Positions 48,185 to 58,864 are shown, counted from the stretch's first letter. The stretch: 64,000 nucleotides of DNA from Spirochaetota bacterium (GCA_043803405.1 JAZDKB010000019.1:320001-384000); one strand, 5' to 3'. A program made the numbers and translations. Notes: a model not told the origin generated them from the letters alone.

Positions 48185-51100
48185 TTATAAAGGCTCATCC
48201 GGAGTTTGGGATTTATCCAGCATTTTTCTGATCTTTCTTAACAGATCAACCGGGGCCAGCGGCTTTGGAATAAAATTAATTTCTATATCGCCGACTCCCT
48301 TTTGCTGAATAATATCGTGGGTATATCCGCTTACAAAAAGAACAGGCACATGGGGAGAAATAAAACGGATGCGGTCATAAACCTCTTTCCCATTCATCTC
48401 CGGCATAACCACGTCCATAACGATCAGGTCGATGTTATCTTTATTTGCAATGAACTTGCGCAATGCGTCCGCGCCGTCGATCCCTTCTATGACCGAATAG
48501 CCGGCCTGGGTGAGAGTCAGCCTGGAAAGCATGCGCACATGCGGATCATCCTCGGCAAGAAGGATGGTCTCGGAGCCGCCGGCAGGGTATTCCTCTTTGT
48601 GCGCAACTTCTTCATCTTTTATATTTATTAAAGGCAGATAAATATTGAACGTTGTCCCAATACCGGGCTCGCTGTACACATTGATGTAGCCGATATGCTG
48701 TTTTACAATGCCGTATACTGTTGACAAGCCGAGTCCTGTTCCCTTCCCGACTTCCTTTGTTGTGAAAAAAGGATCGAAGATGTGCTCCATCGTTTTGGCA
48801 TCCATCCCAATGCCTGTGTCCGAAACTGTTATAAGCACATAGGAGCCCTTTCTGCCGAAAGCGTGAACTTCTATGTATTCATCATTCATATCGAAACGCC
48901 TTGTCTCGATTACAAGCGATCCGCCGCCTGGCATTGCGTCGCGCGCATTGGTTGCAAGGTTCATCAGCATCTGGTCTATTTGGGTTGCGTCCGCCAGCAC
49001 CATAAGGTTTTTGCCTGAAACGCGTATGTCGAGAGCAATATCTTCCCCGACAAGCCTTGATAATATATTTCCGGTTTCCTTTATTTTATTGTTTATATTG
49101 AGCGGCTTGGGTTCCAGTATCTGTTTTCTGCTGAATGTAAGGAGGCTTTTTGTAAGGTCTGCCGCTTTTTTTGACGAGGCAATGATCTCATCCACGTACA
49201 CCATAAAAGGATCGTCCTGTTTTAACTTGCTCTTCATGAGCGATCCGTACCCGGTAATGACTGTGAGAATATTATTGAAGTCGTGAGCCACCCCGCCTGC
49301 GAGAGTTCCTATGGCTTCCATTTTGAGAGCCTGGATAAGCTGGGATTCCAGCTGCTTGCGTTCCGTAATATCTTCAAGATTGCCCTCATAGTAGGCGACC
49401 TTCCCGCTCGCGTCTTTTACGACACGTGCATTAATTGAGACCCATATTTTACTTTTGTCTTTTGTGTAAAATTGTGTTTCGAATCTTTCCGCATAACCCT
49501 GATCCTCAAAGAGCTTTTTAAGGCGCATGCGGTCTTCATTGTTTACATAAAGCTCCCTTCCGATATCGCTGAATGCCTTTATCCCCTCTTCAATGGATTC
49601 ATAGCCGCAGATGTGCGCCATGGCCATATTGGCGCCAAGGACTCGTCCGTCCGGCGTAGTCTGAAAAATGCCCATGACCGAGTTCTCAAAGATTGTGCGG
49701 TATTTTTCTTCGCTCTTTCTGAGAGCTTCTTCGGTTCTTTTTTGTTCGGTAATATCCTCAACAATGCCTTCCAGGTATGTCTCGCCGTATTTAGGCGAAA
49801 CTTTGCGTATAGCCAGCTTTCCTGTCATTATGCTTTTGTCTTTTCTAATGTATGGCTGTTCGGAGTAATACCACTCGTCGTGTTCAAGCCCTGTGAGAAG
49901 CGCTGCGCGGTTTTTCGGATCAGCATGTATCTGCGTCGCAGTGTTCGTAATGGTGGCAATAACTTCTTCGGGCGATTCGTAACCTAGCATGGTGGCAAAG
50001 GCTTTGTTGATACGAAGGAACCTGCTTCCGGATAACGTCGATTGAAACATGCCGATTGATGCGTTTTCAAACAGGTTCCTGTATCTTTCTTCGTTGTCCA
50101 AAAGGGCTTTCTCAGCTTCAACACGCGATGTGATGTCGTCTACCGTTCCCTCGTAATACATTATATTGTGCTGAGAATCATATACAACGCGGGCGTTAAC
50201 GGACACCCATGCAGTGCTCCCGTCCTTTTTACGGAACTGTGCCTTGAAGCCTTCGATAAAACCGTCGCGCTCCAGAATCCTTTTGAATTCTTCACGGTCT
50301 ACGGGATTGACATACAGCTGTTTGTTGATATTTGTTAAAGCGCTAATTGCTTCCTGCGGAGAATTGTAACCGCAAATGCGCGCCATAGCCATGTTGGCGC
50401 TTATAGCATTTCCCTTCGGTGATGTCTGAAAAATTCCCATGACTGCGTTGTCGAAAATGGTGCGGTATTTAGCTTCGCTTTGTCTAAGTGTCTCTTCTGC
50501 CTGTTTTCTTTCCTTCTCCTGCCTGTCTCTCTGCAGACGGGCGTGCAGTATTGAAGCCACGTAGTCGGAAATATCTTTCAGGAAATTTGCATCATCATCA
50601 ATATATTCCACCGGATTGTTCGCAACGGCGAATAGTCCTATGGTTTCTTTTCCAAAGACGACCGGCACTGTAAGGAAATTATCAATATGAACATGTCCTT
50701 CCGGTATGTTAAATGGACCGTTCGAGAGATAAGATTTTTTTTCCCTGATTGCCCGTCCCCACATACTTTCGCCCCATGTTGATGACGGGAAATGCGCTGA
50801 TTTACCGTCCATCTGGCATTCGCTCCAGATAGTTTTACTCAGGCTTGGAATGATAAAATCGCCGATTTCATCTATGTATCCGAACAGGCCGAACTGGCTT
50901 CTGGTTGTCTGCATCACAATCTGCAGCACTTCGTTGTACATGTCCTCATCGGACACGGACAAGAATGCCTTTGCTATCCGGTTCATCATTTTCGTATTCG
51001 TTTCGGATTTACGGCATTCTTCTTCGAGACGTTTGCGGTCTGTAATGTCCTCTACCGTCCCTTCGTAATAGAGAATATTCCCGTCAGTGTCCCTTTCTGC

Positions 51101-51880
51101 CCTGGAATTCATGGATATCCAGACTTTATTTTTATCTTTTTTGTAGAATTGCGCTTCATACTTATAGGCAATGTTTTGTTTCTCCAGGATATGCTTTAGC
51201 CGTATGCGGTCTTTCGGATTCACATACATTAACTTTTGTATATCCGTCATTGTTTCAATTAATTCTCCGGGAGAACCGTACCCGAATATTCCCGCAAGGG
51301 CAGGATTTACCATTAAAAAGCGTCCTTCGGGTGTGGACTGAAACATGCCTGTGACCGCATTTTCAAAGAGACGGTGATACTTTGCCTCCGCGGCTTTCCT
51401 GTCCGTAATATCGCGCCAAACGATGTGAATTATTAGCCTGCCTCTGAATGGAATGTTGATCAGGGAGACGTCAACTGTGATATATTTTTTTTCGAAAGTG
51501 CGGTGAGTCCATTCAAAACGCAGGTACCCTTCTTTGTCCATCAAAGAGATTATTTTTTTATGTTTATCCCCTGATAATTCTCCGTCGGGTTGTCTTTCAG
51601 GGGATATTTCTAACGGAGTTAATCCAATCAGAAGCTCTTTTTGAGGATATTTGAGTATTTTAAGTGCTGCATCGTTGCAATCAATGAATTGATTATTGTC
51701 CAGTAGCAGCATGGGGTCTGCCGACTTGCTGAAAAGCAGGTGGAATTTCTTTTCGCTTTCTTCAAGGGCTTTTTTAATTTGAGTGATCTTTTCAGGCGGT
51801 TTTTTCTTTGTTTTTGCCTGCTTTTTTTCTTTAAAAGCCTTTTTGTGGGTGTTTTTTTTGTCGGTCTCTCGGCTTTTCAA
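48185..51880 (-). CDS. Cytoplasmic multi-PAS/GAF hybrid histidine kinase with REC
   Basis: Repeated ENAV.G.FQ...YYEG..EDIT PAS units and a GAF; AGGVAHDFNN, NARDAM and GTGLGL; AEDD...MDVVMP..KP. Confidence 0.93.
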   Translation of the reverse strand: MKSRETDKKNTHKKAFKEKKQAKTKKKPPEKITQIKKALEESEKKFHLLFSKSADPMLLLDNNQFIDCNDAALKILKYPQKELLIGLTPLEISPERQPDGELSGDKHKKIISLMDKEGYLRFEWTHRTFEKKYITVDVSLINIPFRGRLIIHIVWRDITDRKAAEAKYHRLFENAVTGMFQSTPEGRFLMVNPALAGIFGYGSPGELIETMTDIQKLMYVNPKDRIRLKHILEKQNIAYKYEAQFYKKDKNKVWISMNSRAERDTDGNILYYEGTVEDITDRKRLEEECRKSETNTKMMNRIAKAFLSVSDEDMYNEVLQIVMQTTRSQFGLFGYIDEIGDFIIPSLSKTIWSECQMDGKSAHFPSSTWGESMWGRAIREKKSYLSNGPFNIPEGHVHIDNFLTVPVVFGKETIGLFAVANNPVEYIDDDANFLKDISDYVASILHARLQRDRQEKERKQAEETLRQSEAKYRTIFDNAVMGIFQTSPKGNAISANMAMARICGYNSPQEAISALTNINKQLYVNPVDREEFKRILERDGFIEGFKAQFRKKDGSTAWVSVNARVVYDSQHNIMYYEGTVDDITSRVEAEKALLDNEERYRNLFENASIGMFQSTLSGSRFLRINKAFATMLGYESPEEVIATITNTATQIHADPKNRAALLTGLEHDEWYYSEQPYIRKDKSIMTGKLAIRKVSPKYGETYLEGIVEDITEQKRTEEALRKSEEKYRTIFENSVMGIFQTTPDGRVLGANMAMAHICGYESIEEGIKAFSDIGRELYVNNEDRMRLKKLFEDQGYAERFETQFYTKDKSKIWVSINARVVKDASGKVAYYEGNLEDITERKQLESQLIQALKMEAIGTLAGGVAHDFNNILTVITGYGSLMKSKLKQDDPFMVYVDEIIASSKKAADLTKSLLTFSRKQILEPKPLNINNKIKETGNILSRLVGEDIALDIRVSGKNLMVLADATQIDQMLMNLATNARDAMPGGGSLVIETRRFDMNDEYIEVHAFGRKGSYVLITVSDTGIGMDAKTMEHIFDPFFTTKEVGKGTGLGLSTVYGIVKQHIGYINVYSEPGIGTTFNIYLPLINIKDEEVAHKEEYPAGGSETILLAEDDPHVRMLSRLTLTQAGYSVIEGIDGADALRKFIANKDNIDLIVMDVVMPEMNGKEVYDRIRFISPHVPVLFVSGYTHDIIQQKGVGDIEINFIPKPLAPVDLLRKIRKMLDKSQTPDEPL

Positions 51881-52023
51881 TTAACAAACTCCGGCGCTGT
51901 ATTAAAGATAATTGTTATAGAAACTAATTTAAAAAGTCAAATGTATTTTCCGTAGAATTTTTTTAAAACACTGATTTGGATCATATGCGTAATTTTGATC
52001 CCGGATCACCATGCGAAATTAAA

Positions 52024-52052
52024 TTGACTTTAAAAGTTTTGGGCTTTATAAT
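52024..52052 (+). promoter_or_regulatory. Sigma70-like promoter upstream of the 52212 kinase
   Basis: TTGACT (52024-52029), a 17-bp spacer and TATAAT (52047-52052). Confidence 0.65.
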
Positions 52053-52211
52053 TATAATCGCTTTAAAATATATACCTAATTATTTGATTTATGTAAAAAT
52101 ATTTGTTGCTGCCCTTGAGACAAATAGCCGCGCAGGTATATCCTTTCGAACAGGCGGGAGACAAAGCGAAAGAATATCAAATATGCAGACTGATGAGGCT
52201 AGACAGGCTAT

Positions 52212-55200
52212 ATGAATATTTTCAGCAGTAAAAAACTTAGAACCCTTTTGCTGAAACCTCTTCTTCCGCTTATAGGTTTATTTTGTCTTTTCGTAGGCGT
52301 CCTTCCTATCCTTTTCCTGAATTATATTGACTGGAATATTAACTATACACTGATCATTGTGATTCTAATCCCCATACCTGTTCTGGTTATCGTAATACTT
52401 CACAGGGACATGGAATTGCTGGCCGAAATAGAGACACGAAAAAAGGCCGAGGAAGATTTAAAAATAAGCGAAGGAAAATATAAATCAATTTTTGAAAATG
52501 CAGTTGAAGGGATGTTTCAATTTGTTCCGGAAGGACGTTTTCTGAGCGTAAATCCGGCATTTGCACGAATGGCCGGTTACGCTTCCCGGCAGGAGATGAT
52601 AGACAGTGTCAGGTCCGCAGAACAATTCTATGCTGATCCCCCGGACTCGGAAAGATTTATTAAAGAAATTAATAAGAAAGGATTTGTAACAGAGTACATA
52701 ACAAGGTTAAGGTGCAAAAATAATTCTGCAGTCTGGGTATCCATTAATTCGCGTCTTATTAGGGATGAAAACGGGAATACCCTGTATTATGAAGGGACCA
52801 TTGAAGACATTCATGCGCGAAAGAAAGCTGAAGATGATCTAAGAACTTCAAGAAAAATACTGAGCGAAATATTCCGTGCTGCATCGGACTTCTCAATTAT
52901 TGCAACCAATATGGACGGTATCATTACCACTTTTAACCGCGGTTCCGAAATTATGCTCGGCTATTCTGAAGAGGAGCTGGCCGGCAAACAGAGCGTTCTT
53001 AGACTTCACGTTGAGTCCGAGATTGCAGTTCGCAGCAAGGAACTGACAGCCGAACTTGGTTACCCGGTAGATGGATTCCGCGTTTTTATGACCAAACCGG
53101 AACTTGACGGATCCGAGACCCGCGAATGGACGTACGTACACAAAGACGGCTCTTTTATTCCCGTATCGCTTGTAGTAACTGCCATTCATTCCGACAGCGG
53201 CGAAATAACAGGATATCTCGGGATAGCGACCGACATCACAAGGCGCAGGCACGCGGAAGAAGCCCTTGAAAAACGCATTGAGGCTTTAACCATGCCTGCA
53301 GCCGGCGGGGCAGCCGTGCGCTTTGAGGATCTTTTTAACATCGACGAAATACAGCGGCTGCAGGATGCTTTCGCCTATGCAACAGGAGTTGCTTCTCTTA
53401 TTACACAGGTTGATGGAAAGCCTATCACAAAGCCGAGCAATTTCACCAGGTTGTGCAATGACATTATACGCAAAACGGAAAAAGGACTGGCAAACTGCTA
53501 CAAGTCGGACGCGACACTGGGGCAGTTGTCTTCTGTCGGGCCTGTCATTCAGCCGTGCCTGGGCGGCGGGTTTATAGACGCAGGTACCGGAATATCCGTA
53601 GGCGGCAGGTATATAGCCAACTGGCTGATCGGGCAGATACGCTTAGACAGCCAGACCGACGGGAAAATGCGGGAATATGCAAGGGAGATAGGAGCGGACG
53701 AAGAAATATTTATTGAGGCATTCCATGAAGTGCCTTCGATGTCCCATGAGCAGTTTAAGCGGGTTGCCGAGTTGCTCTATACTTTTGCAAATCAATTGTC
53801 TGCTCTTGCGTACCAGAATGTTCAGCAGGCGCGCTTTATTGCTGAAATTAAAATCGCTGAAGAGAGGCTGCGTCAGTCCGAAGAAAAGTTCTCAAAAATA
53901 TTCATGCTGGCGCCGGACATGATAACGATCACACGTATGTCGGACGGAATGATTATGGATGTCAACCAGGGATTTGAGGAACTTACAGGATGGAAACGCA
54001 GCGAAGTGGCAGGACATACCGGGCCGGATATCAGATTCTGGATTTTTCCTGAAGATCGCGATCGCATGATTACAGACTTGAAAGCAGGCAGGGAAGTGCT
54101 GCACCGTGAAGTAGAGTTCAGACGCAGAAACGGCGAAGCGCGCACCGGGAGTTATTCCGCAAAATTCATCCGGATTTCCGGTGAAGATCATCTCGTTATT
54201 GTTATGCGGGATATTACTGAACAGAGCCTGGCTGAGGAAAAGCTGCGCCAGTCCGAAGAAAAGTTCTCGAAAGTTTTTATGCTTACGCCGGGTATGATAG
54301 GCATTACGCGAATGAAGGACGGGCTTATAATAGAAAGCAATCTTGGATTTGAAACAGGAAGCGGATGGAAACATATTGAATCAATCGGCCGCACATCGCT
54401 TGAACTTGGTTTCTGGGCGATACCGGAAGAGCGCAAGAGTATGCTGGAAGACCTGAAAGCGGAAAGGGATATAGATCACCGCGAAATTCTTTTCAGGCGT
54501 AAAGACGGATCGTTGCGCACCGGAGTTTATTCCGCCAGGACTTTGAAGCTCTCGGGTGAAAACTTTGTTATTTTTGCCATACAGGATATTACTGAGCACA
54601 AGCAGGCCGAAGATAAACTTCATCAAAGCGAAGAACAATTCAGGACTCTGTTTATGTCGATGAGCGAAGGTTTTTATCTCTCTGAAGTAATTTATGATGA
54701 TTACGGCAATCCCTGTGATTATAGATACCTGGAAGTCAATCCAAGGTTTGAACGGATCATGGGATTGAGCCGCGATCAGATAATTGGTAAACGATATAAG
54801 GAACTGGTGCCGGTCGATACCACTCAATGGCTGGATACCTATTTTAAAGTCGCACGTTTCGGAGAACCGCTAATTTACGAATTTTTTTCAAATGAATACA
54901 ACATGTATTTCTCTACTTATGTTTATCAATCGGCTAAAAGTCGGATTAGTGTAATTGTTATTGATGTCACTGATCGCAAGCTTGCAGAAAAAAAGATTCT
55001 GGAAGCTGAGACTTTATACCACACTCTTGTAGATGCTCTTCCTGATGCTGTTGCAGTGCTTGATCCGGAAGGCCGCATAAAATTTGCTTCGTCAAATGCC
55101 ATGAATCTTTATGGGTATGATAATATTGAAGACGCAATAGGACACTCTTTCAGGGAAATCGTTTCGCCTGAAAGCTTTGAAGATGTTAATAATTTTTTTC

Positions 55201-56543
55201 TGCAGCTTGTTGAGAATGGCGGAGTGCTTTTTATTAAGAACATTATAATGTTAAGAAAGGGCGTTACATGGATAGCCGAAATGCATGCTTCGGCTATAAA
55301 GGATGGTTCGGGAAATATAAAAGAAATTATAGGAGTTACACGCGATATCACAGAACAGAAACGTATGGAAGAAGAACGGCGTAAACTTGAACAGCAGCTG
55401 TTCCAGTCACAGAAACTGGACGCGATCGGTATACTTGCCGGGGGCATAGCGCACGATTTCAATAACGTCCTGAGCGGTATTTTCGGTTTTACGGAGCTTT
55501 CCTTAAGTGCCCTGGATGATCCGGTACGGGTAAAGGGATATCTTCAGATTGTAGTGTCCGCTGCAGAGCGGGCGCGCGAACTGGTGAGCCAGATAGTGAC
55601 ATTCAGCCGTCATTCAGAAACCGAACTAGGGGAGATTACTCCGAAATATATTATTAACGAAGCCCTCAAGCTGCTGCGGGCATCCATTCCGTCTACTATA
55701 GAACTTCGTTCAAATATTAAAAGCAAGTCTGTAATACTCGGCAATCCCACACAGCTCCACCAGGTTGTAGTCAACCTGTGCTCCAATGCAGCTTACGCAA
55801 TGAAGGACAATAAGGGAACAATCGAAATCAGCCTGGACGATTATGACGTTGATGATGAGTTTATAAGGCTTCATCCCGGCTTATATCCGGGGAAGCACAT
55901 ATTGCTGAGAGTGTCCGATACCGGGTGCGGCATTCAGCCGGATTTGATTAGCAGGATATTCGAACCCTTCTTTACCACCAAGCCGCAGGGCGAAGGCACG
56001 GGACTTGGCCTTTCTGTTGTGCAAAGTATCGTTAAAAATTTTAAAGGTATTATTAATGTATTCAGTGAATTGGATAAGGGTACAACCTTTAATATAATTA
56101 TACCGGCAATATCAACAGAAAAAGAAGAAACCATTAAGGAAGAAACTGCGGACATGCCAGGAGGTTTTGAAAAGCTTTTGCTGCTTGATGATGAAAAGAC
56201 AATCCTTAATGCTGTCAGGCTGATCCTGATAAATCTCGGTTATTCGGTATTCGCGTATAACGACAGCATTGAAGCATTAAAGGCGTTTCAGGAGAATCCC
56301 GGAGGATATGACTTAATAATTACAGATTATACAATGCCGCATTTAACAGGTATTGATATTGCCGTTAAAATGAAGGAAATAAGGAAGGATATCCCTGTTA
56401 TTCTTTGCTCGGGGGTTATCCATAAAGAGATAGAGGAAGCGGTTCACGAAGCCGGCATCAGCGAATTGCTGAGAAAACCTCTCAGGACGGCAGAGCTTGC
56501 TCATGCCATCAGGCGCGTCCTTGACAGGAAGAGGCGGGGCTAA
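52212..56543 (+). CDS. Membrane-anchored multi-PAS + PocR hybrid histidine kinase with REC
   Basis: Two N-terminal TMs; PocR (IQRLQDAFAYATGVAS...RLC...NCYKSD...PCLGG); several PAS units; AGGIAHDFNN; LDDE...TDYTMP..KP. Confidence 0.93.
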   Translation: MNIFSSKKLRTLLLKPLLPLIGLFCLFVGVLPILFLNYIDWNINYTLIIVILIPIPVLVIVILHRDMELLAEIETRKKAEEDLKISEGKYKSIFENAVEGMFQFVPEGRFLSVNPAFARMAGYASRQEMIDSVRSAEQFYADPPDSERFIKEINKKGFVTEYITRLRCKNNSAVWVSINSRLIRDENGNTLYYEGTIEDIHARKKAEDDLRTSRKILSEIFRAASDFSIIATNMDGIITTFNRGSEIMLGYSEEELAGKQSVLRLHVESEIAVRSKELTAELGYPVDGFRVFMTKPELDGSETREWTYVHKDGSFIPVSLVVTAIHSDSGEITGYLGIATDITRRRHAEEALEKRIEALTMPAAGGAAVRFEDLFNIDEIQRLQDAFAYATGVASLITQVDGKPITKPSNFTRLCNDIIRKTEKGLANCYKSDATLGQLSSVGPVIQPCLGGGFIDAGTGISVGGRYIANWLIGQIRLDSQTDGKMREYAREIGADEEIFIEAFHEVPSMSHEQFKRVAELLYTFANQLSALAYQNVQQARFIAEIKIAEERLRQSEEKFSKIFMLAPDMITITRMSDGMIMDVNQGFEELTGWKRSEVAGHTGPDIRFWIFPEDRDRMITDLKAGREVLHREVEFRRRNGEARTGSYSAKFIRISGEDHLVIVMRDITEQSLAEEKLRQSEEKFSKVFMLTPGMIGITRMKDGLIIESNLGFETGSGWKHIESIGRTSLELGFWAIPEERKSMLEDLKAERDIDHREILFRRKDGSLRTGVYSARTLKLSGENFVIFAIQDITEHKQAEDKLHQSEEQFRTLFMSMSEGFYLSEVIYDDYGNPCDYRYLEVNPRFERIMGLSRDQIIGKRYKELVPVDTTQWLDTYFKVARFGEPLIYEFFSNEYNMYFSTYVYQSAKSRISVIVIDVTDRKLAEKKILEAETLYHTLVDALPDAVAVLDPEGRIKFASSNAMNLYGYDNIEDAIGHSFREIVSPESFEDVNNFFLQLVENGGVLFIKNIIMLRKGVTWIAEMHASAIKDGSGNIKEIIGVTRDITEQKRMEEERRKLEQQLFQSQKLDAIGILAGGIAHDFNNVLSGIFGFTELSLSALDDPVRVKGYLQIVVSAAERARELVSQIVTFSRHSETELGEITPKYIINEALKLLRASIPSTIELRSNIKSKSVILGNPTQLHQVVVNLCSNAAYAMKDNKGTIEISLDDYDVDDEFIRLHPGLYPGKHILLRVSDTGCGIQPDLISRIFEPFFTTKPQGEGTGLGLSVVQSIVKNFKGIINVFSELDKGTTFNIIIPAISTEKEETIKEETADMPGGFEKLLLLDDEKTILNAVRLILINLGYSVFAYNDSIEALKAFQENPGGYDLIITDYTMPHLTGIDIAVKMKEIRKDIPVILCSGVIHKEIEEAVHEAGISELLRKPLRTAELAHAIRRVLDRKRRG

Positions 56544-56570
56544 ACTTAATTTTTTTTACTGTTTAATTAA

Positions 56571-56684
56571 GACAAAGGATATATTAATCAGCAATTTTAA
56601 GGCGGCAGGAAGCCGCCGCAAGCCGCTTCTTACAGGATGTAAGCATTAGCGGCAAGAAAATTGCTGATTAATATATCCTTTGTC
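56571..56684. repeat. Perfect 28-bp inverted repeat enclosing a GC-rich core (MITE-like / bidirectional terminator)
   Basis: GACAAAGGATATATTAATCAGCAATTTT (56571-56598) is the exact reverse complement of 56657-56684. Confidence 0.85.
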
Positions 56685-56716
56685 AGTAATCTGGATGAGT
56701 AGGGTTTCTTACAGAA

Positions 56717-57898
56717 CTATTTCTCTGACTTATCTTTCATTAAAGAGGAAAGGTTGCCGAACGGATTGTACGAGTCCGTTTTTTTTCCGAGGAATTCCCT
56801 GTAATTTGTTTCTTCTGCCTTAGCCTGAATGCTGGAATAAAGTTTAAGTGAAATTCTTTTTTTCTCGGCATCCGTTTTTTCTATGACGACTTCAAGCATA
56901 TCCCCTTCTTTTATTACTTCTGCCGGATGCTTTATCCTTTTCCCTCTGCCGAGTTCCGATATGTGAATAAGTCCGTCCACTCCGGGCTCAAGTGTAATGA
57001 AAGCCCCGAAATTCGTAAGCCTGGCGACTTTGCCTGTAAATCTGTCGCCTTCTTTGTATTTCCCAGGGACTTCTTCCCATGGATCGGGCAATATTGCCTT
57101 CATGCTGATTGAAATCTTGTCATTGTTCCAGTCAAGTTTAAGGATCGCTGCTTCAATTTCCTGGCCGGGTTTAAGCACGCTATTAATATCTTCAATCCTG
57201 CCCCTGCTGATTTCCGAAACAGGCAGCAGCGCCCGCACTCCGCCGATATCCACAAAAGCACCGTAGCTCTGAACGGATTTTATGGTGCCTTTTATCCTCA
57301 TCCCTTCCTTAAGCGACTCCTGGAGGGACTTTGCTGCGGCTTTGCGTCCTTCTTCGAGTATTTCTTTATTGGAAAGCACAATATTGCGGCCTTTCTCGTC
57401 AAGTTCGGTTATTCTGAACGAAGCCTTCTGGCCGATAAACTTCTCCGGTGCCTCGCGTTCAAGACCCATCTGGGAATATGGGCAAAAAGCGCGCAGATTG
57501 CCAATCTTTACTTCGAATCCGCCTTTGATCTCTTTTTCAACAAAGCCTTCGATGGGAATGCTGTTTTCATACGCGCTTTTAAGCATTTCCTGGCCGGCCC
57601 TGCCTCCGCTGATTTTTGTGGTAAAATGCATCTCGCCGCTTCTGGAAGATACGAAATAAGCTTTTACAACATCCCCTTCCTTAGCAGTGAGATTGCCCTG
57701 GTCGTCTTTAAGTTCGACGATGTCAAGATACCCTTCGCTTTTCCCACCAATGTGGAGGAATATTAAATCCCCTGCTATTTTAACAACCTGCGCCTCGACT
57801 GCCTGGCCCGGTTCAAAAAAGTCATTGCCTGCAACGCTTTGATTAAGTAATTCCTCAAAATTTTCTTCTTTATCTATGTTATTTTGATCGTCTGCCAT
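56717..57898 (-). CDS. rpsA: Ribosomal protein S1-like, short form with about four S1 domains
   Basis: GGKSEG, AFCPYSQ, YGAFVDIGG..ALLPVSEIS and FGAFITLEPGVDGLIHISE; 393 aa. Confidence 0.8.
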   Translation of the reverse strand: MADDQNNIDKEENFEELLNQSVAGNDFFEPGQAVEAQVVKIAGDLIFLHIGGKSEGYLDIVELKDDQGNLTAKEGDVVKAYFVSSRSGEMHFTTKISGGRAGQEMLKSAYENSIPIEGFVEKEIKGGFEVKIGNLRAFCPYSQMGLEREAPEKFIGQKASFRITELDEKGRNIVLSNKEILEEGRKAAAKSLQESLKEGMRIKGTIKSVQSYGAFVDIGGVRALLPVSEISRGRIEDINSVLKPGQEIEAAILKLDWNNDKISISMKAILPDPWEEVPGKYKEGDRFTGKVARLTNFGAFITLEPGVDGLIHISELGRGKRIKHPAEVIKEGDMLEVVIEKTDAEKKRISLKLYSSIQAKAEETNYREFLGKKTDSYNPFGNLSSLMKDKSEK

Positions 57899-58125
57899 AT
57901 TGATTATTGTAATTCTCCTGTGGATTTATCCTGATATAATGTATTACTTACTGTTTTAGTAAATATGGTGAGTTCCGGAACAAGAAACAGTAACCTAGCC
58001 TGATAAAAATAAGTAATTATTATACATGGATTATCTTTTGGATTAACTGTTTATTGTCAAGAATATTTGGGAAGCGGTAAGATTCAGCTGCGAGGCAGCA
58101 GTATAATATTACGGACAGGATTTAA

Positions 58126-58593
58126 TCACTTCTCAGTATGTTTCTTGGGATTATCCTTTGATTCAATTATTTTTTTTATATTCGTTAAATTTAAAAAGTC
58201 AGTTGGGGTTAATACGCTTATATCTGTATGTTTGTAATCCGAGACATTTCTTGACAATATTATGTTTATTCCATTGTTTATGGAAATAAAATATTGTATG
58301 CCGTCTTCAAAATCGATTATCCCGGAGTTCAGCGACTCACCTATTTCCTTGTCTGTGAAAGGTAAAACAGTCAGGAGCGATCTTAATTTGGAAATTGTTT
58401 TTACTGCTATATTTTTATTAATATTGGAGTTTATAATATAGAAACAATTTGCCAGTATCAATGATGATGTGAATCCGGCAAAATAATTTTTCTCAATTAA
58501 TGACAGGATTTTCTGGGAGTTGTTAAAATGCGGCTCTCTTTTGAAAACAACATCCAGGATAACATCACTATCTATGAATATTTTTTTATTCAC
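58126..58593 (-). CDS. PIN-domain toxin (PIN_3-like)
   Basis: IFIDSDVILD...REPHF; DFEDGIQY; ILSRNVSDY; SVLTP. Confidence 0.88.
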   Translation of the reverse strand: MNKKIFIDSDVILDVVFKREPHFNNSQKILSLIEKNYFAGFTSSLILANCFYIINSNINKNIAVKTISKLRSLLTVLPFTDKEIGESLNSGIIDFEDGIQYFISINNGINIILSRNVSDYKHTDISVLTPTDFLNLTNIKKIIESKDNPKKHTEK

Positions 58594-58838
58594 AATAGTT
58601 TCTTGTTTAAGGCTTCTTTTAATAATTGTTTGTCTGTTTTTGCAGATTTAAAAGAAGCTATTCCGGACAGCTCTCTGGTAATAGGGGGTATGTTTTCAGC
58701 CCGGCTGACTGAATCGGAATACAAATACTTAAAATACATTTCCACCAGCTTTGATAAACTGATATTATTTTTTTTGGCATAAATCTTTGCCGTTTTGATT
58801 GTTTTATTATTCAGGGTTAAAGTTAATTTTGTAGCCAT
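58590..58838 (-). CDS. DUF6364-like RHH antitoxin
   Basis: MATKLTLTLN...AKIYAKK..ISLSKLVEMYF; overlaps the toxin start by 4 bp. Confidence 0.8.
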   Translation of the reverse strand: MATKLTLTLNNKTIKTAKIYAKKNNISLSKLVEMYFKYLYSDSVSRAENIPPITRELSGIASFKSAKTDKQLLKEALNKKLL

Positions 58839-58864
58839 AAGATAAATCCTCTTTACTACGTGTA

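Noticed and set aside
51976..52215. 79-aa ORF between the divergent kinases
   Set aside because: TTG start with no RBS, and it spans a clear sigma70-like promoter.
46083..58838. Prophage or integrative element
   Set aside because: No integrase, phage or conjugation genes, no tRNA target and no flanking direct repeats were seen.
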